Shown piece by piece: positions 1-11,300 of a DNA stretch of 64,000 bases. How positions within the stretch are numbered: the stretch's first letter is position 1; every line of letters starts with the position of its first letter. The DNA is from an uncultured virus (IMG/VR IMGVR_UViG_3300037067_013436). Its lineage: Duplodnaviria; Heunggongvirae; Uroviricota; Caudoviricetes. The notes under the pieces were generated by a model. It had not been told where the DNA came from. It ran no database searches and worked only from the letters and a program-made list of their open reading frames with translations. The stretch is from IMG/VR virus record IMGVR_UViG_3300037067_013436; one strand, 5' to 3'. Made by a program: the position numbers and the translations under genes.

Positions 1-306
1 TCGTCAGACGCTTTTGTCCAAGAAGGTGTGGACATCGGCATCATGAACGCGGGAACCATTCAGGGCAAGCTGCGGTTGTACAAGGACCCGCTCTTCCCGA
101 ACTGCAAGATTCTCTTGGGCTTCAAGGGATCGAGCGTTCTGGATGCCGGGTACTTCTACGCTCCGTACATCCCGCTGCTCTCGACGCCGACAGTGCTCGA
201 CCCGAACAGTCATACCCCCACCAAGGGGATTATGACACGTTATGGGAAGAAGCTGATCGAAGACGGTGGCCTGTACTATGGTACTATAAACGTGACCAAT
301 CTCTAG
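1..306 (+). CDS. Major capsid protein, T4 gp23-like, C-terminal part (truncated by window start)
   Basis: Frame open from base 1. LLGFKGSSVLDAGYFYAPYIPL...DPNSHTPTKGIMTRYG matches the gp23 C-terminal signature (GYKG...DAG.FY.PYVPL...DP..F.P..G..TRYG). Confidence 0.92.
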   Translation, partial: SSDAFVQEGVDIGIMNAGTIQGKLRLYKDPLFPNCKILLGFKGSSVLDAGYFYAPYIPLLSTPTVLDPNSHTPTKGIMTRYGKKLIEDGGLYYGTINVTNL

Positions 307-339
307 AGGGGCCTCCTCTGGGTGGTTACTGAAAAATCT

Positions 340-377
340 GAGCCGGGTGAGGAAACGCTCTTCACCCGGCTCTTTTT
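340..377 (+). terminator. Rho-independent terminator after capsid gene
   Basis: Stem GAGCCGGGTGA / TCACCCGGCTC followed by TTTTT. Confidence 0.85.
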
Positions 378-387
378 ATAGATATAC

Positions 388-416
388 TTGACAGATCGCT
401 TCGTCTGTATTTTAAT
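388..416 (+). promoter_or_regulatory. sigma70-type promoter
   Basis: TTGACA (388) - 17 nt - TTTAAT (411), with an ATG at 423. Confidence 0.55.
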
Positions 417-422
417 TGGGTT

Positions 423-1428
423 ATGGATGAAGCAACACCTGAAACTCGAATCTGTCGGAAGTGCGGCGACTCAAAGCCGCTAGACCAATTTTCTGTGGGG
501 TCGTGCCACTTGCAAGACCTGCCAAGCCGCCTATAAGCGAGATCTTCGCAAAGGCATTCTACATCCGCAGACCAAACCAGAAGTACGGATTTGCCGCGAA
601 TGCCGCAAACCAGAGACTGAGGTCGAATTTAGACCTAAGGCTAATATTTGTGTTCCTTGTTTCAAGATCTATCTTGCGAATTATCGTAATGAGAATCGCG
701 ATAAGCTGCGCAAGCAGGTTCGAGATTGGAAGGACACGAACAGAGAGCAGCTACGCGAGACAAATCGCAAACTCTATCATACGCCAGAAGGCAAGGCGAT
801 GCATAGAGCTAGAGTTTGCAAGACTCCGAGGACATGGCTTTCTCATTTGTTAAGCATTACTCGTGCTAACTCAATCAAGCCGGGACCTCATGATCCTAAG
901 TCCGGTCCGAAACGTGATTTCGACCTGGACCTCGATTACGTCGTCTCTCTCTATGAATCCCAGCAGGGCAAGTGTGCCATTACTGGAGTCAAGATGACTC
1001 ATATGTTCAATGATATGAACGCTATGAGTATCGATCGCATCGACCCCGAACAAGGCCATATCAAAGGCAACATCCATCTCATCTGTCAATGGGCCAATTT
1101 TGCCAAGCGACATCATAAGCTTGCTGTTTTCCGGCGAGCTTTATCTGATTTTATGTCTGTTATGTATCAACGATTTCTAGGAGGTGCCAGAATGTCAGAG
1201 CCAATCACTGCTAATGCCCAGACCCTAATGAACCAAGCGCCGGCGACCGTCGATGTTTATCTGACGGAAGCGGTAAAATCGATTGACGATCATCTTGGCA
1301 AGGGGTATTCTCAAAAGAATCCTGGATTGGTCGCTGCGTTTATTCAAACGTGTGCGATCGATCTTGGGTGCGCTGTGTTAGCACAGCAACTTCGTGCTGG
1401 ATTGGAAAATATCCGAATAGGCGGCTAA
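423..1428 (+). pseudogene. Zn-finger/HNH-type (His-Me finger) endonuclease with a +1 frameshift near 489-492
   Basis: ATG423 gives MDEATPETRICRKCGDSKPLDQF. The +1 frame continues LWGRATCKTC...CRECRK...CVPC with no stop into ORF 799-1428, which carries QQGKCAITG...SIDRIDPEQGHIKGNIHLICQWAN. Confidence 0.65.
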
Positions 1429-1458
1429 TGCACGACGCCATTATTCAGAGAGGTCATT

Positions 1459-1956
1459 ATGATTGACGGTAGGATTTATGGCATTCAGCGTGCTCGTATG
1501 CAACAAGAAGTAGACAGGGCGAATGATAGAGCACGTGGAAATTATGGGTCTTCGCTGTCGTGCGACAGGCCGATTAGTGAAAAGAAACACAAGATATGTC
1601 CAGAGTGTTCTGCTCCTGTGCTTTGTGCTACACAGAAATGCCAATCATGCGGTTATATGTTTTGGGAACGTGTAAACGGCGTGAATGTGTACAAGAAGAA
1701 AAACAACGGCAAAAGGCAGTGTCCAGATTGTAACGGCTGGCTCAACACATGGGAGCCTGTTTGTGGGTGTGGCCACCATTTTGAGCCGATAATTGTAGCA
1801 TCTTTTGAGATTCAGATACCTTTACCTAAAGGCATCACAATGGAACAGATGCAAAACCATATCAGCGGTGCTGTTCGGTCGTTGTATAGTGGTCTGTCTG
1901 ACGATTCGGTGGATAGTGTGAAAGTGAAGAACGGCAAAACCATTAAGATCAAATAA
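1459..1956 (+). CDS. Zinc-ribbon protein
   Basis: CxxC pairs CPEC/CQSC and CPDC/CGCG. Confidence 0.6.
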   Translation: MIDGRIYGIQRARMQQEVDRANDRARGNYGSSLSCDRPISEKKHKICPECSAPVLCATQKCQSCGYMFWERVNGVNVYKKKNNGKRQCPDCNGWLNTWEPVCGCGHHFEPIIVASFEIQIPLPKGITMEQMQNHISGAVRSLYSGLSDDSVDSVKVKNGKTIKIK

Positions 1957-2366
1957 TGAGTGCTCTTACTAGATCAAAAGCCAGTCGCAAGCGTTATGCC
2001 CAAAAGCACCACAATCATAGTGAGATGGCTGGGCAGTTGGTGCGGCATAGGAAGATCAAAGAAAAACAGATCATGAGCACGACTAGTACAACCATTTCAG
2101 GTAGTGCAAAAACAGTGAAGCGTAAGCGGCTGCATTGCGTCAAAGCACAGATAGCCTGTCATGATGCTTTTGATCGATTATGGCAGGGACCTACACAAAC
2201 CATGCCCCGTTGGCGAGCATACAAATACCTGCAAGAAATCGTCGGCGTTAGCCATATCAAGTACCTGAATGCGACTCAGTGCAGGCTGGTGATAATGCAA
2301 GTGAAGAGCGATTTCCCGCAGCTATTTGGTGTGCGGCGTAGCTGGAGGTTCAACCAAGGCATATGA
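1956..2366 (+). CDS. Hypothetical protein, DUF3268-like C-terminus
   Basis: CHDAFDRLW...RWRAYKYL...SHI...QC pattern. Start overlaps the upstream stop. Confidence 0.45.
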   Translation: MSALTRSKASRKRYAQKHHNHSEMAGQLVRHRKIKEKQIMSTTSTTISGSAKTVKRKRLHCVKAQIACHDAFDRLWQGPTQTMPRWRAYKYLQEIVGVSHIKYLNATQCRLVIMQVKSDFPQLFGVRRSWRFNQGI

Positions 2367-2749
2367 AAAGAACCAAACACACGACAATTGAAGAAGTACT
2401 CGAACATACACGAGCGAGAATAGAGGAACATGGCGACGGTGGTGGTGGCGGTTGTTTAATCGGCAATGATGTCGATATATGGACCGCTCATCGCTGCAGG
2501 ATAACGGTAGAGGACGCAAAACGCCGCAGACTTGCGTCGATGGCGGAGGGCACTATGCCATTGCCGTTTGGTAACGATGATGACTATGCCTCGCGTAGCG
2601 AGAAAATACCATATGGTATGCATAGTTTCGTTATCCATACGCTATCGTGGCGTGCAACCGACATTGATATCTGGATTGCGAAAATTGAGCTTGAGTTGTT
2701 TTATACCAGGCCAGGAATTCCTGTTGGAATCAGTAATATTCCTAGCTAA
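2363..2749 (+). CDS. Hypothetical protein
   Basis: ATGA overlap with the upstream gene; 128 aa. Confidence 0.55.
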   Translation: MKRTKHTTIEEVLEHTRARIEEHGDGGGGGCLIGNDVDIWTAHRCRITVEDAKRRRLASMAEGTMPLPFGNDDDYASRSEKIPYGMHSFVIHTLSWRATDIDIWIAKIELELFYTRPGIPVGISNIPS

Positions 2750-2786
2750 TCACTGCTAGGTTAATATTTCTCTTGTGTTCGCGAGA

Positions 2787-2812
2787 GGACACGGAGGGAC
2801 ACGGAGGGACAC
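2787..2812. repeat. 10-bp tandem repeat GGACACGGAG, about 2.6 copies, intergenic
   Basis: ggacacggag-ggacacggag-ggacac seen directly. Confidence 0.8.
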
Positions 2813-2884
2813 TGTTGTTAGTAGTCCAGCCGATCCGTATTATAAGGGCTGGGGCAATAAACAACAGTCTTAGGAGATACTCAT

Positions 2885-3556
2885 ATGTTATGTAATCACT
2901 GCCGAAACCAGTTCACAATCGTATCAGGGCCTGCTATATGTCCAGTATGTGGCAAACTTGTCACTGCCGTCACATTAGACCAGGAGATGCTGGATAAGGT
3001 GAACGCGATAGTTGAGTTCAACGCACATCGGCAAGAAACAGGGCTACTGGGAACACGGAAGCAAGACCCATGTAGTAGTGATCGTGGCATCGACACATAC
3101 GGTACGGAAGCCGAACTGGTGGCTTGTATGCTGTTGTGCCCTGATCGAGTACCCGAGTGGTTCGAGACACGCGGGCCAAATCGAGGCATGGATCTGCCTG
3201 CCGAATGGATGGGAATGTCAAAACCAGCAGAAATCAAGCAAACTAAACACCTAGGCGGTCACTTAATCATCAGACCGCCAAAAAATGTCGGATACGAGAT
3301 GCGAGAAGAATATGTCGATGATTGCATCTATATCTTGGTGACAGGGCCAGGCACTATCGACAGAACATATACATTACGCGGTTGGACTGATCGAGCACAC
3401 TTCCTGAGTCATGTGAACAAATCGCCGGTAGGCAATGTGCCCTACGGCAAATGCGAATGCTGGGGTATTCACGTGAACAATCTGTTGCCAATGGAGTCGT
3501 TATATGAAAGAAGAACGCTTGGCGAGCGGCAAGCTCGAATTATACTACCTATTTGA
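2885..3556 (+). CDS. Hypothetical protein; N-terminal Zn ribbon, possible PD-(D/E)XK nuclease fold
   Basis: AGGAG RBS; CNHC/CPVC; E...GMD...EIKQT spacing. Confidence 0.5.
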   Translation: MLCNHCRNQFTIVSGPAICPVCGKLVTAVTLDQEMLDKVNAIVEFNAHRQETGLLGTRKQDPCSSDRGIDTYGTEAELVACMLLCPDRVPEWFETRGPNRGMDLPAEWMGMSKPAEIKQTKHLGGHLIIRPPKNVGYEMREEYVDDCIYILVTGPGTIDRTYTLRGWTDRAHFLSHVNKSPVGNVPYGKCECWGIHVNNLLPMESLYERRTLGERQARIILPI

Positions 3557-3783
3557 AGAACCAGCTAGTATGCAGTGGGACATATACTCCCACAAGCTTC
3601 TTGTCGGCGATGGAGATAATGTCATTCTCGACGAGAACAGTCATTCAGTGGATATAAATAGCTCTTCTGGTGGCCATACTGCTAGACGCACGTCGATCCC
3701 CGTCAAATTGCTGGTAAAACTGATTCGTGAGCACGGCATAAAGCTGGAAGAAGCATAATACCATCAATCATGAGACAAAAGAC

Positions 3784-4161
3784 ATGAACAAAAAAGCGAA
3801 GCCGAGGTGTTCTTGTGGATGGGATAAATTCGTGGCGAAAGCCGAAGTAGAGAACTTGAAGCTATCTGATGGTGTTGTATCGGCGGACGTTAAAATCGTC
3901 CATACTTGTAGACGATGCAAGAAAATCGCTAAATCGACCACAACTCATGGCGAATGCCAGATAGAACACGTCGATGCTCCAAATCTATCTGTCCAAATCG
4001 TCCTAAGGGACAAGATCACTATGTATGCTAGTGGTAGCAATTATCTCAAATATCGCATTTGCTTTGCGATAGTGAGCACTTGCAGCCATGGATACACTAA
4101 AGAGTGTTATCGCGGATTCTTCAAAGTGAGTGAAAGAGGAGAGAGGCATGGCGCGCTCTAA
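3784..4161 (+). CDS. Hypothetical Cys-rich protein
   Basis: 125-aa ORF in a co-directional gene run. Confidence 0.5.
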   Translation: MNKKAKPRCSCGWDKFVAKAEVENLKLSDGVVSADVKIVHTCRRCKKIAKSTTTHGECQIEHVDAPNLSVQIVLRDKITMYASGSNYLKYRICFAIVSTCSHGYTKECYRGFFKVSERGERHGAL

Positions 4162-4402
4162 GATGATCATTTGCAAGAACCTCGAAGAGTCAGAAGCAGC
4201 AATGCGTGCATTAGGAGCGAAATTCGTCCGTATGCAGGTTCCAGTTCCGTGCGAATTACATATCCGCATGGAAAGGATTAGACGAAGGGTTGACTGGAAG
4301 GCTATCGCTATTGAGGCATTCGAGCGTAAACTGGCTGAACTTGAAAACACATCGAAGGATTAATGACCTGTTTGTTCGTGCTATAACTATTCGGAGGTCC
4401 CT

Positions 4403-4744
4403 ATGAGAATCGAGACGCCCGAAGATTTCTTAGAACGTCTGCTGAAAAACCTGATGCGTTTGCCGCGTTCAAGGCGACCGATAAAGGTTGAAATAGACTT
4501 AGATTTTCTGATTAAGCTCTTCGAACAGCAGAACGGTCGTTGTGCATTCACAAACGTGCCGATGACGACCTATTACGGCATCGAAGCTATCTGTATCGAC
4601 CGTATCAGCTATAACGACGGTTACATTCCTGACAACGTACATCTCATCTGCCAGTGGGCGAGCCACGCCAGACACCACCGTTCGCTTGAGTCGTTCAAGC
4701 TCGCTCTCAACCACTTTCTTACCGCCAATCAGAAAACAACGTGA
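4403..4744 (+). CDS. HNH-like endonuclease domain protein, paralogue of 799-1190
   Basis: IDLDFLIKLFEQQNGRCAFT...IDRISYNDGYIPDNVHLICQWA; GGAGG RBS; GTGCTATAA motif at 4378. Confidence 0.75.
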   Translation: MRIETPEDFLERLLKNLMRLPRSRRPIKVEIDLDFLIKLFEQQNGRCAFTNVPMTTYYGIEAICIDRISYNDGYIPDNVHLICQWASHARHHRSLESFKLALNHFLTANQKTT

Positions 4745-4750
4745 CAGATT

Positions 4751-5650
4751 ATGGACAACTATTTCCTTACCAACTGTACTAAAGACCGTGCTCCATTGAT
4801 GCTTGAAGTAGCAGCAGAACTCGGAATCAAGATGCATACCGAACCGGCCTACGATGTTGACGATAACTTGCTCACAGAGCATATTGCTATTCACCTTGAT
4901 GAAGGTCTTGGCAATATGACGGAATTTTGGGCCAAGATGGCTGAGAGGCGGCAGAAATAACAGTGTATACTGGCGACCCTTATCCTCTGACAGATAGCAA
5001 ACACCATTTATGGCGAGCTTGGTGTTCTGAATGTGGGGAACCATTAAGAGTATCGGCCAACGTATTATTTAGGGATGACGGAAGTATCAGACCGCTCTTG
5101 TGTGATACATGTTTTCCGCATACTCCTCCGGCTGGCCATAATATGTTTAAAGATGACATGAGTCCTTGGCAAGAGAACGCAGTTAGATATATGGAAGACG
5201 GATCATGAGAGACATAGCACCCCGTGCACGTATTGAAGATGATCGCAAAATAGTTGACGAGCTTTGTGTATGTGGCCATTTGAAATCGAACCACGACACA
5301 AGCGGCTGCAAACAATTCAACTGGGTTTCGTTCAAGCTAGAAGACGGCACATTCTGGCCAGATCCGTCGCCAATCGTGCCGAGAGGTTGACCATGTTATA
5401 TCTTGTCGTTTCTGTAGCAGTTGAAGACAAGTATGTCACCATCAACCTCGCTGCTGGTGATACACACAGACAACTAAAGAACAAAATGGTTTACAGTGTG
5501 CGTTGCCGTCGCAGCTATGGTGCCGTGCAGTCTTTCGATTGCATAAAGCGTATCAAAGCTGGTGACCGAATATGGCTAGATCCAAAGACGATTGTTAATG
5601 CTGCCGAAGATGATGAAATAGACCAACTGCTCAGAGAACTCGATAAATGA
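4751..5650 (+). CDS. Cluster of small hypothetical ORFs (4751-4960, 4963-5208, 5205-5390, ~5393-5650)
   Basis: Tightly packed or overlapping co-directional ORFs typical of phage early regions. Confidence 0.5.
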
Positions 5651-6477
5651 ACCAACAAGTTATCAAACCTGCTGTCGATTATCTCAATTCACTCACACGT
5701 AAGCACGGAACCGGACAAGAACATAATCAAGTTCGATATGGTCTTGGCACAGGGAAACGACAGAAAGTTGAAGACAAAGACACTAACAGGTTGAACAGCA
5801 GATATGCTAAGAATCTGGGGCGAGAATTGCTGGAGGGCTGGTTAAACGCACAATTTACAACACAGATATACTTTGTGCCATTCCAAACGCCAGAATGGCC
5901 TCGCCCGCCGCTAGATTTTTGTGATCAATCCGGTAAGATTATCTGCTATGTAAAGTACACGAGCCATGAGTTGAGATCGCTCGACCTTTCGATCATGAAA
6001 GGTATCGCGTTCCCTGAATGGATACGCGAGAACATGCACTTAGCACTTGGCCAAGATGGACTTCCAGGCGAAGACTTCTTCATATGTGCTCTTATGCTTT
6101 ACGTAGATCAATTCGGCGATTGTATTTATACGAGTGTGCGAAGAGCAGATTTAGCAATCGCTGGTAATCTGTACCTAGAACAAACGACGTCAGCCTGTGT
6201 TCATTTTGGTAGAATCCAATCAGCAGAAGAACGTCTTCAAGGCATAGATTTTAATTTCGATGATGCACAATTTTTGCCCTACAACTATTGGCACTACATT
6301 GGTAGGATACCAAGAGAGAAAATGGTAAGTATTTCAACGTCGTGGGCAGCAAAAAACGGCACAATAGCTTATCCCGCTGAGAATTTGATAACGCCACCGA
6401 TACACCAATTAGTACTACCTGGGCAGCCTTGGCAGATGGACGAAGATACTCCGGCCAGATACATTGGTCTAGATTAA
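5647..6477 (+). CDS. Hypothetical protein (276 aa)
   Basis: Long ORF with ATGA overlap. Confidence 0.65.
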   Translation: MNQQVIKPAVDYLNSLTRKHGTGQEHNQVRYGLGTGKRQKVEDKDTNRLNSRYAKNLGRELLEGWLNAQFTTQIYFVPFQTPEWPRPPLDFCDQSGKIICYVKYTSHELRSLDLSIMKGIAFPEWIRENMHLALGQDGLPGEDFFICALMLYVDQFGDCIYTSVRRADLAIAGNLYLEQTTSACVHFGRIQSAEERLQGIDFNFDDAQFLPYNYWHYIGRIPREKMVSISTSWAAKNGTIAYPAENLITPPIHQLVLPGQPWQMDEDTPARYIGLD

Positions 6478-6507
6478 TAGTTCCCGCTCGCCGTGCTATA
6501 ATCACCT

Positions 6508-7654
6508 ATGAACCTGATGCAGCTACAGGCTTTGGTATCTTATCCATCGAATACCTCGAAGGGTGGGAATATCTACTACGAATACCACGACACGGCGATA
6601 GCCGACGAGTTGGTCGAAATGGGGTTGGTGGTCGGTAGCTATGCTCACGGCAGTGGCGACCACCAAGCCTATAAACGTTCAAAGAGGGGCGACCAGCTTG
6701 TAGCAGAATTGCTCGCCTTCTCTAACAGATTAATGGAGGAAATTGTTCCGTGATGACCATTAAACCCGGCTACTGCGCTTGCGGCAAACCACTCCATTAT
6801 GTCAATAAGGATGTGGAGAAAATCGTCAGGCGATATGCCGAAAAGCTTGGTGAGATGGTCGAAATCACGGCACCCTCTGGGACGTTTCTCGTGCAGCGCC
6901 ACTACATCGCTTTGCATGGAGTTGAAGCGAAAGACCTCAACAGGCTAGCTATCGACGGTGTGGTCGAGAGAACGTCGAAGAAGCCACTCCACGTTCTAAC
7001 TCCGGAAGAGATAATTGAACTCGAAAATTGGTGCGGGCGAAAGAAGGAACCATCGTGATTGTCGCCATTCTTAAAGAAATCCACTTCGTCATCAACGACG
7101 AGAAACACAGCGTAGCCTACGCTAAACGTTCAATGGCCTGTGCTGGCGTCCCGAGGAATCCTTCTTCGCATTGGAAGGCCGTGATCGGTCAAAACGAAGA
7201 TGATGTCAAGACCAAGCTGCGGGCACAAGTTGTTGAATTCTTGCAACGGATGAACCTCGACCCCGCAGACTTCGAATTTAGTTATCGCCATACTGATGTA
7301 GACGAGTTTGGCCAGTTTTGGTTGCTTGGCGATGACGGCGGCATATTTTCCGGTCGTCATAGCGTAGCCCCGAGAGGTTGAGAAATGAGTGTATTAGCTT
7401 GTGATCGACGTAGCTGCCCGAACGTCATGTGCGACAGGCTTATCCTCAATGGTACGAGATATATCTGCAACGAGTGTTGGGAAGAACTGGTCGAATATAA
7501 GGAGACTTGGCAGCCACCAATGACTCCCTTGGAGATTGAGAATAAAATCAGGGAGTTTATGGGTACCAGCCCCGGTGCCCATAAAATGGTCGAAACAGAA
7601 TGCGATATCGACGTTGAATTTCAACGTCTGACCGGGAACCCGATAGAGGGGTAG
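6508..7654 (+). CDS. Cluster of small hypothetical ORFs (6508-6753, 6750-7058, ~7055-7381, 7385-7654)
   Basis: Coupled starts and stops; GTGCTATAAT at 6493 just upstream. Confidence 0.5.
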
Positions 7655-7665
7655 CCATGAGATAA

Positions 7666-7725
7666 TTGACGCACTTGCAGCAATGTGCTATAATAAAATG
7701 CACCGGGAACGTTCCCGGTGCATTT
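7666..7725 (+). promoter_or_regulatory. Near-consensus sigma70 promoter followed by a 30-bp perfect palindrome
   Basis: TTGACG (7666) - 17 nt - TATAAT (7689, TGn-extended), then AAATGCACCGGGAAC|GTTCCCGGTGCATTT (7696-7725). Confidence 0.8.
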
Positions 7726-7746
7726 ACTATTTCAGGAGATATTATC

Positions 7747-8343
7747 ATGATCGAGCTAACTGATTACCAGAAAGATCTTCTCAAGCAGCTTGAAACGAGC
7801 GGACTAAAGCTCACAATCGAGCCAATTGAAACCGGCACCAGCAAGTCTGATCTCAAGCGGCGATTGCTTGAGTTGGCTGAAAGTGGAGCAGAGAGGCCAG
7901 GGACGTCGGAAGAGAAGAAACGACGGTTGCTTGAGTTGGCTGAAAGCGGAACAAAAAGACCAGAAAAATCGGATAAATTAGGCATAGCACTGACCAGATA
8001 TTGCAGTGGCGGCTGCTACGACTATAGCTTCGATAAGTTGATCCGTGGTTTGCGTCCAGACTGGTTTATTCCTACAGCTACATCAACTAAGGCCGAGCTA
8101 TTGAAGTTAGCTGAGAGTGGCGCATCACGCCCGAGTAGCAGTGCATGGGCCAAGTATCAAGAGAATCCTTTACCTTCTGGGACTGTTGAGGAAGCAGAAC
8201 ACGTGGAGGACGTCTATGATGCCGCTATCAGAGAACAGCGTCTTGGTCGTGCGTTGATTAACTACACAAACAAGAGTCGCAAGACGTACGATGCAGAATT
8301 TGACGCGAAGGTTCGTGCATTACGCCCAGATTGGTTCAATTGA
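7747..8343 (+). CDS. Repeat protein made of the same ~60-aa helicase-associated-like repeat as the downstream helicase
   Basis: AGGAG RBS at 7734; LLELAESG.KRP...YD..FD..IR.LRPDWF units. Confidence 0.75.
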   Translation: MIELTDYQKDLLKQLETSGLKLTIEPIETGTSKSDLKRRLLELAESGAERPGTSEEKKRRLLELAESGTKRPEKSDKLGIALTRYCSGGCYDYSFDKLIRGLRPDWFIPTATSTKAELLKLAESGASRPSSSAWAKYQENPLPSGTVEEAEHVEDVYDAAIREQRLGRALINYTNKSRKTYDAEFDAKVRALRPDWFN

Positions 8344-11300
8344 TGCTAACTATAAATCCAACTATCACTGTTCGAAGCAATATTCTTGCTGGTAAGATTG
8401 TAACGCAATCTGTTATCTTGGATGAGAAGGCAGACAGATCCAAGATAGTTCTGCGTCAATATCAATGTGGTATGATCAACCACATGAAGCAGAATCGACT
8501 TACATTAGTTGAATCGCCAACCGGTAGTGGCAAAACCAACGTAATGCTTTCCTATACTGCTTTCGTCAGGCAGCACAAAAAAGTCGTCATTATCACGCCG
8601 CAACTCGGTATCAACCACAATTTCACCAAATACACCAAAGGCTGTCACTGGTGTGCTATTGAAAAAGATGAAGAAGGAAGGGAAATAACACGATATACCT
8701 TATGCAAGAATAGTATCAGACAAGATGCAATGCAAAAATCTGAGTCTATGAAACTCTTCTTGAATAGTGTCAAGGGAACAATCCGTGTTTCGAGTTATAA
8801 AGCATTCGATCTAGCTCTTGATGATGAGACTATTGATTTATCTGATGTCGTCTTACTTGTCGATGAAGTCCATCATAGTGATGTGAAGGATGAGAACTTA
8901 CTTGGTTCGATTATTAGAAGGTGTGTTGATAGATGTGCTGAGGTCCACGCCTTCACAGCTACCGACTTTCGCAGTGATGGCGGTCAACCAACACCAGAAG
9001 AGTTTAGTCGATTTCGACGACTTCTGAAAGAGCATTACCAAGAAGGTTGCTGCCCTGATTTCGATGTAGCTGTTCGATTTTATCACGCTGTGAATAAGTC
9101 TGACTTCGATCGATTGGCTGCAACTGAGGATATATCAAATAAGCCTGATTTGTTGGATGCTATGAATTATCCTGAGTTGTTGAAGGCATACGTCGACGAA
9201 TACAAAAGGAGCCCTTTGCCGACAATTATGTATGTTGATGGTGCTAAACAGGCATTCGATTTGCAAAAAATCCTATTTAATAAATGTAAAGGCGTCAGGA
9301 TACTCAATTTTGGATCTGATGACGGAGAAACTCTCGTCTCTAATGTGAAGAAGATGCGTACAGCTAAGCTTGACGCACTCGCTGACGCGCCCAGGTGCTA
9401 TGATGTTGTTATAGCGATTAAGTTATTTGACGAAGGCATGGATTGGGTTGAATGTGCTCAGACATTCAATCCACGGCTCACCGGGTCTCTACAGCGGTTT
9501 GTCCAGCGATGTATTGGTCGTGCTCTGCGACACAAAACAAACCCGAAGCATCTATCACCCAATCTCTCTAGGGTTGTAATCTTCGAAGTAAGTCTGGCTG
9601 ATGAAGATCAAGATGTTGTTAAATATGCCACTCTACAGGTGGTTATCAGAATTAAGGCTATTTGCAGTGGTTTGGACTTCACTGATACGTTTACATTGGT
9701 TTTACCGCAACGACATCGTGCTGAGGTCGATAAAGAAAGAGCACGATTTAGGCTGCAGATAAATTCGCTGCAGAATAATGAAATCATACAGCGAATTCTG
9801 CGTGCGTCTACTGTTCCTGGAACATCTTCTGATGAATTAATCAAAATGTTTCACCAACTCTGTGCCAAGCAGGGCTTCGCAATAACTCCGATTTTTGCCA
9901 TCAGCTTATTGATGCAATGTGATGTCATTGATAAGAATGACCGCATTGCATTGGAAGAGATCATCCGTAAGCGCGATAGACGCCTTAGTAAATTATCGTT
10001 TAGCGAGTTCATGAATGACCCAGAAATCAAGGAAGCAATCAAGAAACTGAAAGTGATCGGCGTCACAGATTACTTTCAAGTCATTAATGGTATGGATGGT
10101 ACTGATGAGGTCGAGAGATTATTGATCCGACTCAACGCGAACTCAATGAGAGAGAACAAGAAGAAGTTTATAGAGTCGGCAAAGAACGGAGGAAAAAGAC
10201 CAAAGAAGCGTTCAAAAGATCCCGAGGAGAAGCGTCTAGGTGGGGTATTCGATAGTTATACGAGGGAAAGCCAAAGAACATACGATCCAGAATTTACTGA
10301 CGAGATCCGTAAAATAGCTCCACTCTGGCTTGAAAATCCGACAGCCATGAGAAAACAAAAGTTGTTGGAGATAGCAAAGGGCGGAGCCGAAAGACCGAGC
10401 AAACGTTCAAAAAACCTAGCGGAGAGATGTTTTGGCTTGGCGCTCTGTACTTATACAAATCGGAATGGTCGATCGTACGATCAGGTCTTTGATAAACAGA
10501 TTCGTGCTCTTCGACCAGAGTGGTTTGTAGATACGAAAGCACTGACCAAGGCAAAATTGCTGGCATTAGCTAGTAGTGGTGGTGAAAGACCTATACAACC
10601 GACAAAACTAGCGGACAGACTATCTTCATATACACGTGAGAATAGTGGCTGCTACGATCAGGAATTCGTTGCTAAGATTCGTGCTATTCGCCCAGAATGG
10701 CTCATTCCCAATATAGATCTGAATAAGGATAAACTACTAGAACTGGCAGCAAACGGTGCAAAGAAGCCTAGGACCACTAGCAAGCTTGGGGCCGCGTTTT
10801 TTAGATATACCAACAAGAATATCAACACATATGATCCTGTTTTTGCTGAGAAGATTCGTGCTACCTGTCCTGATTGGCTCGTTAACAGTAAAGATCTAAA
10901 GAAAGACAAATTGCTAGAACTGGCAACAAACGGTGCGAATAGGCCCAACCAATGCTCGAAGAATCGAGAAGAAAAATTGTTGGGAAGCGCGTTGTCTGCC
11001 TATACCAACGCCAAAGGCTCTAAACGCGATCCAGTTTTCAATAAGGAAATTCGTACTCTTCGCCCAGATTGGTTTGAGCCGTTGGTGTCGAATAAAACTG
11101 AATTGCTTGATATGGCCAAGAATGGAGGGAAAAGACCACGTGGTGAATCTAGAGACCCAAAAGAAAGATTATGGGCTGGAAGGCTATTCAAGTATTTGGT
11201 AGATGATCCGTCTTTCAGTGAGCAGATTCATGCTCTCCGTCCAGATTGGTTCTGCCGTACTATAGCCAGCACTACAGCAAACAAGCAAGTATTATTAGAG

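Noticed and set aside
461..853. 130-aa ORF from the track
   Set aside because: The overlapping frame encodes clear CxxC Zn fingers continuous with the HNH domain, so this frame is likely spurious.
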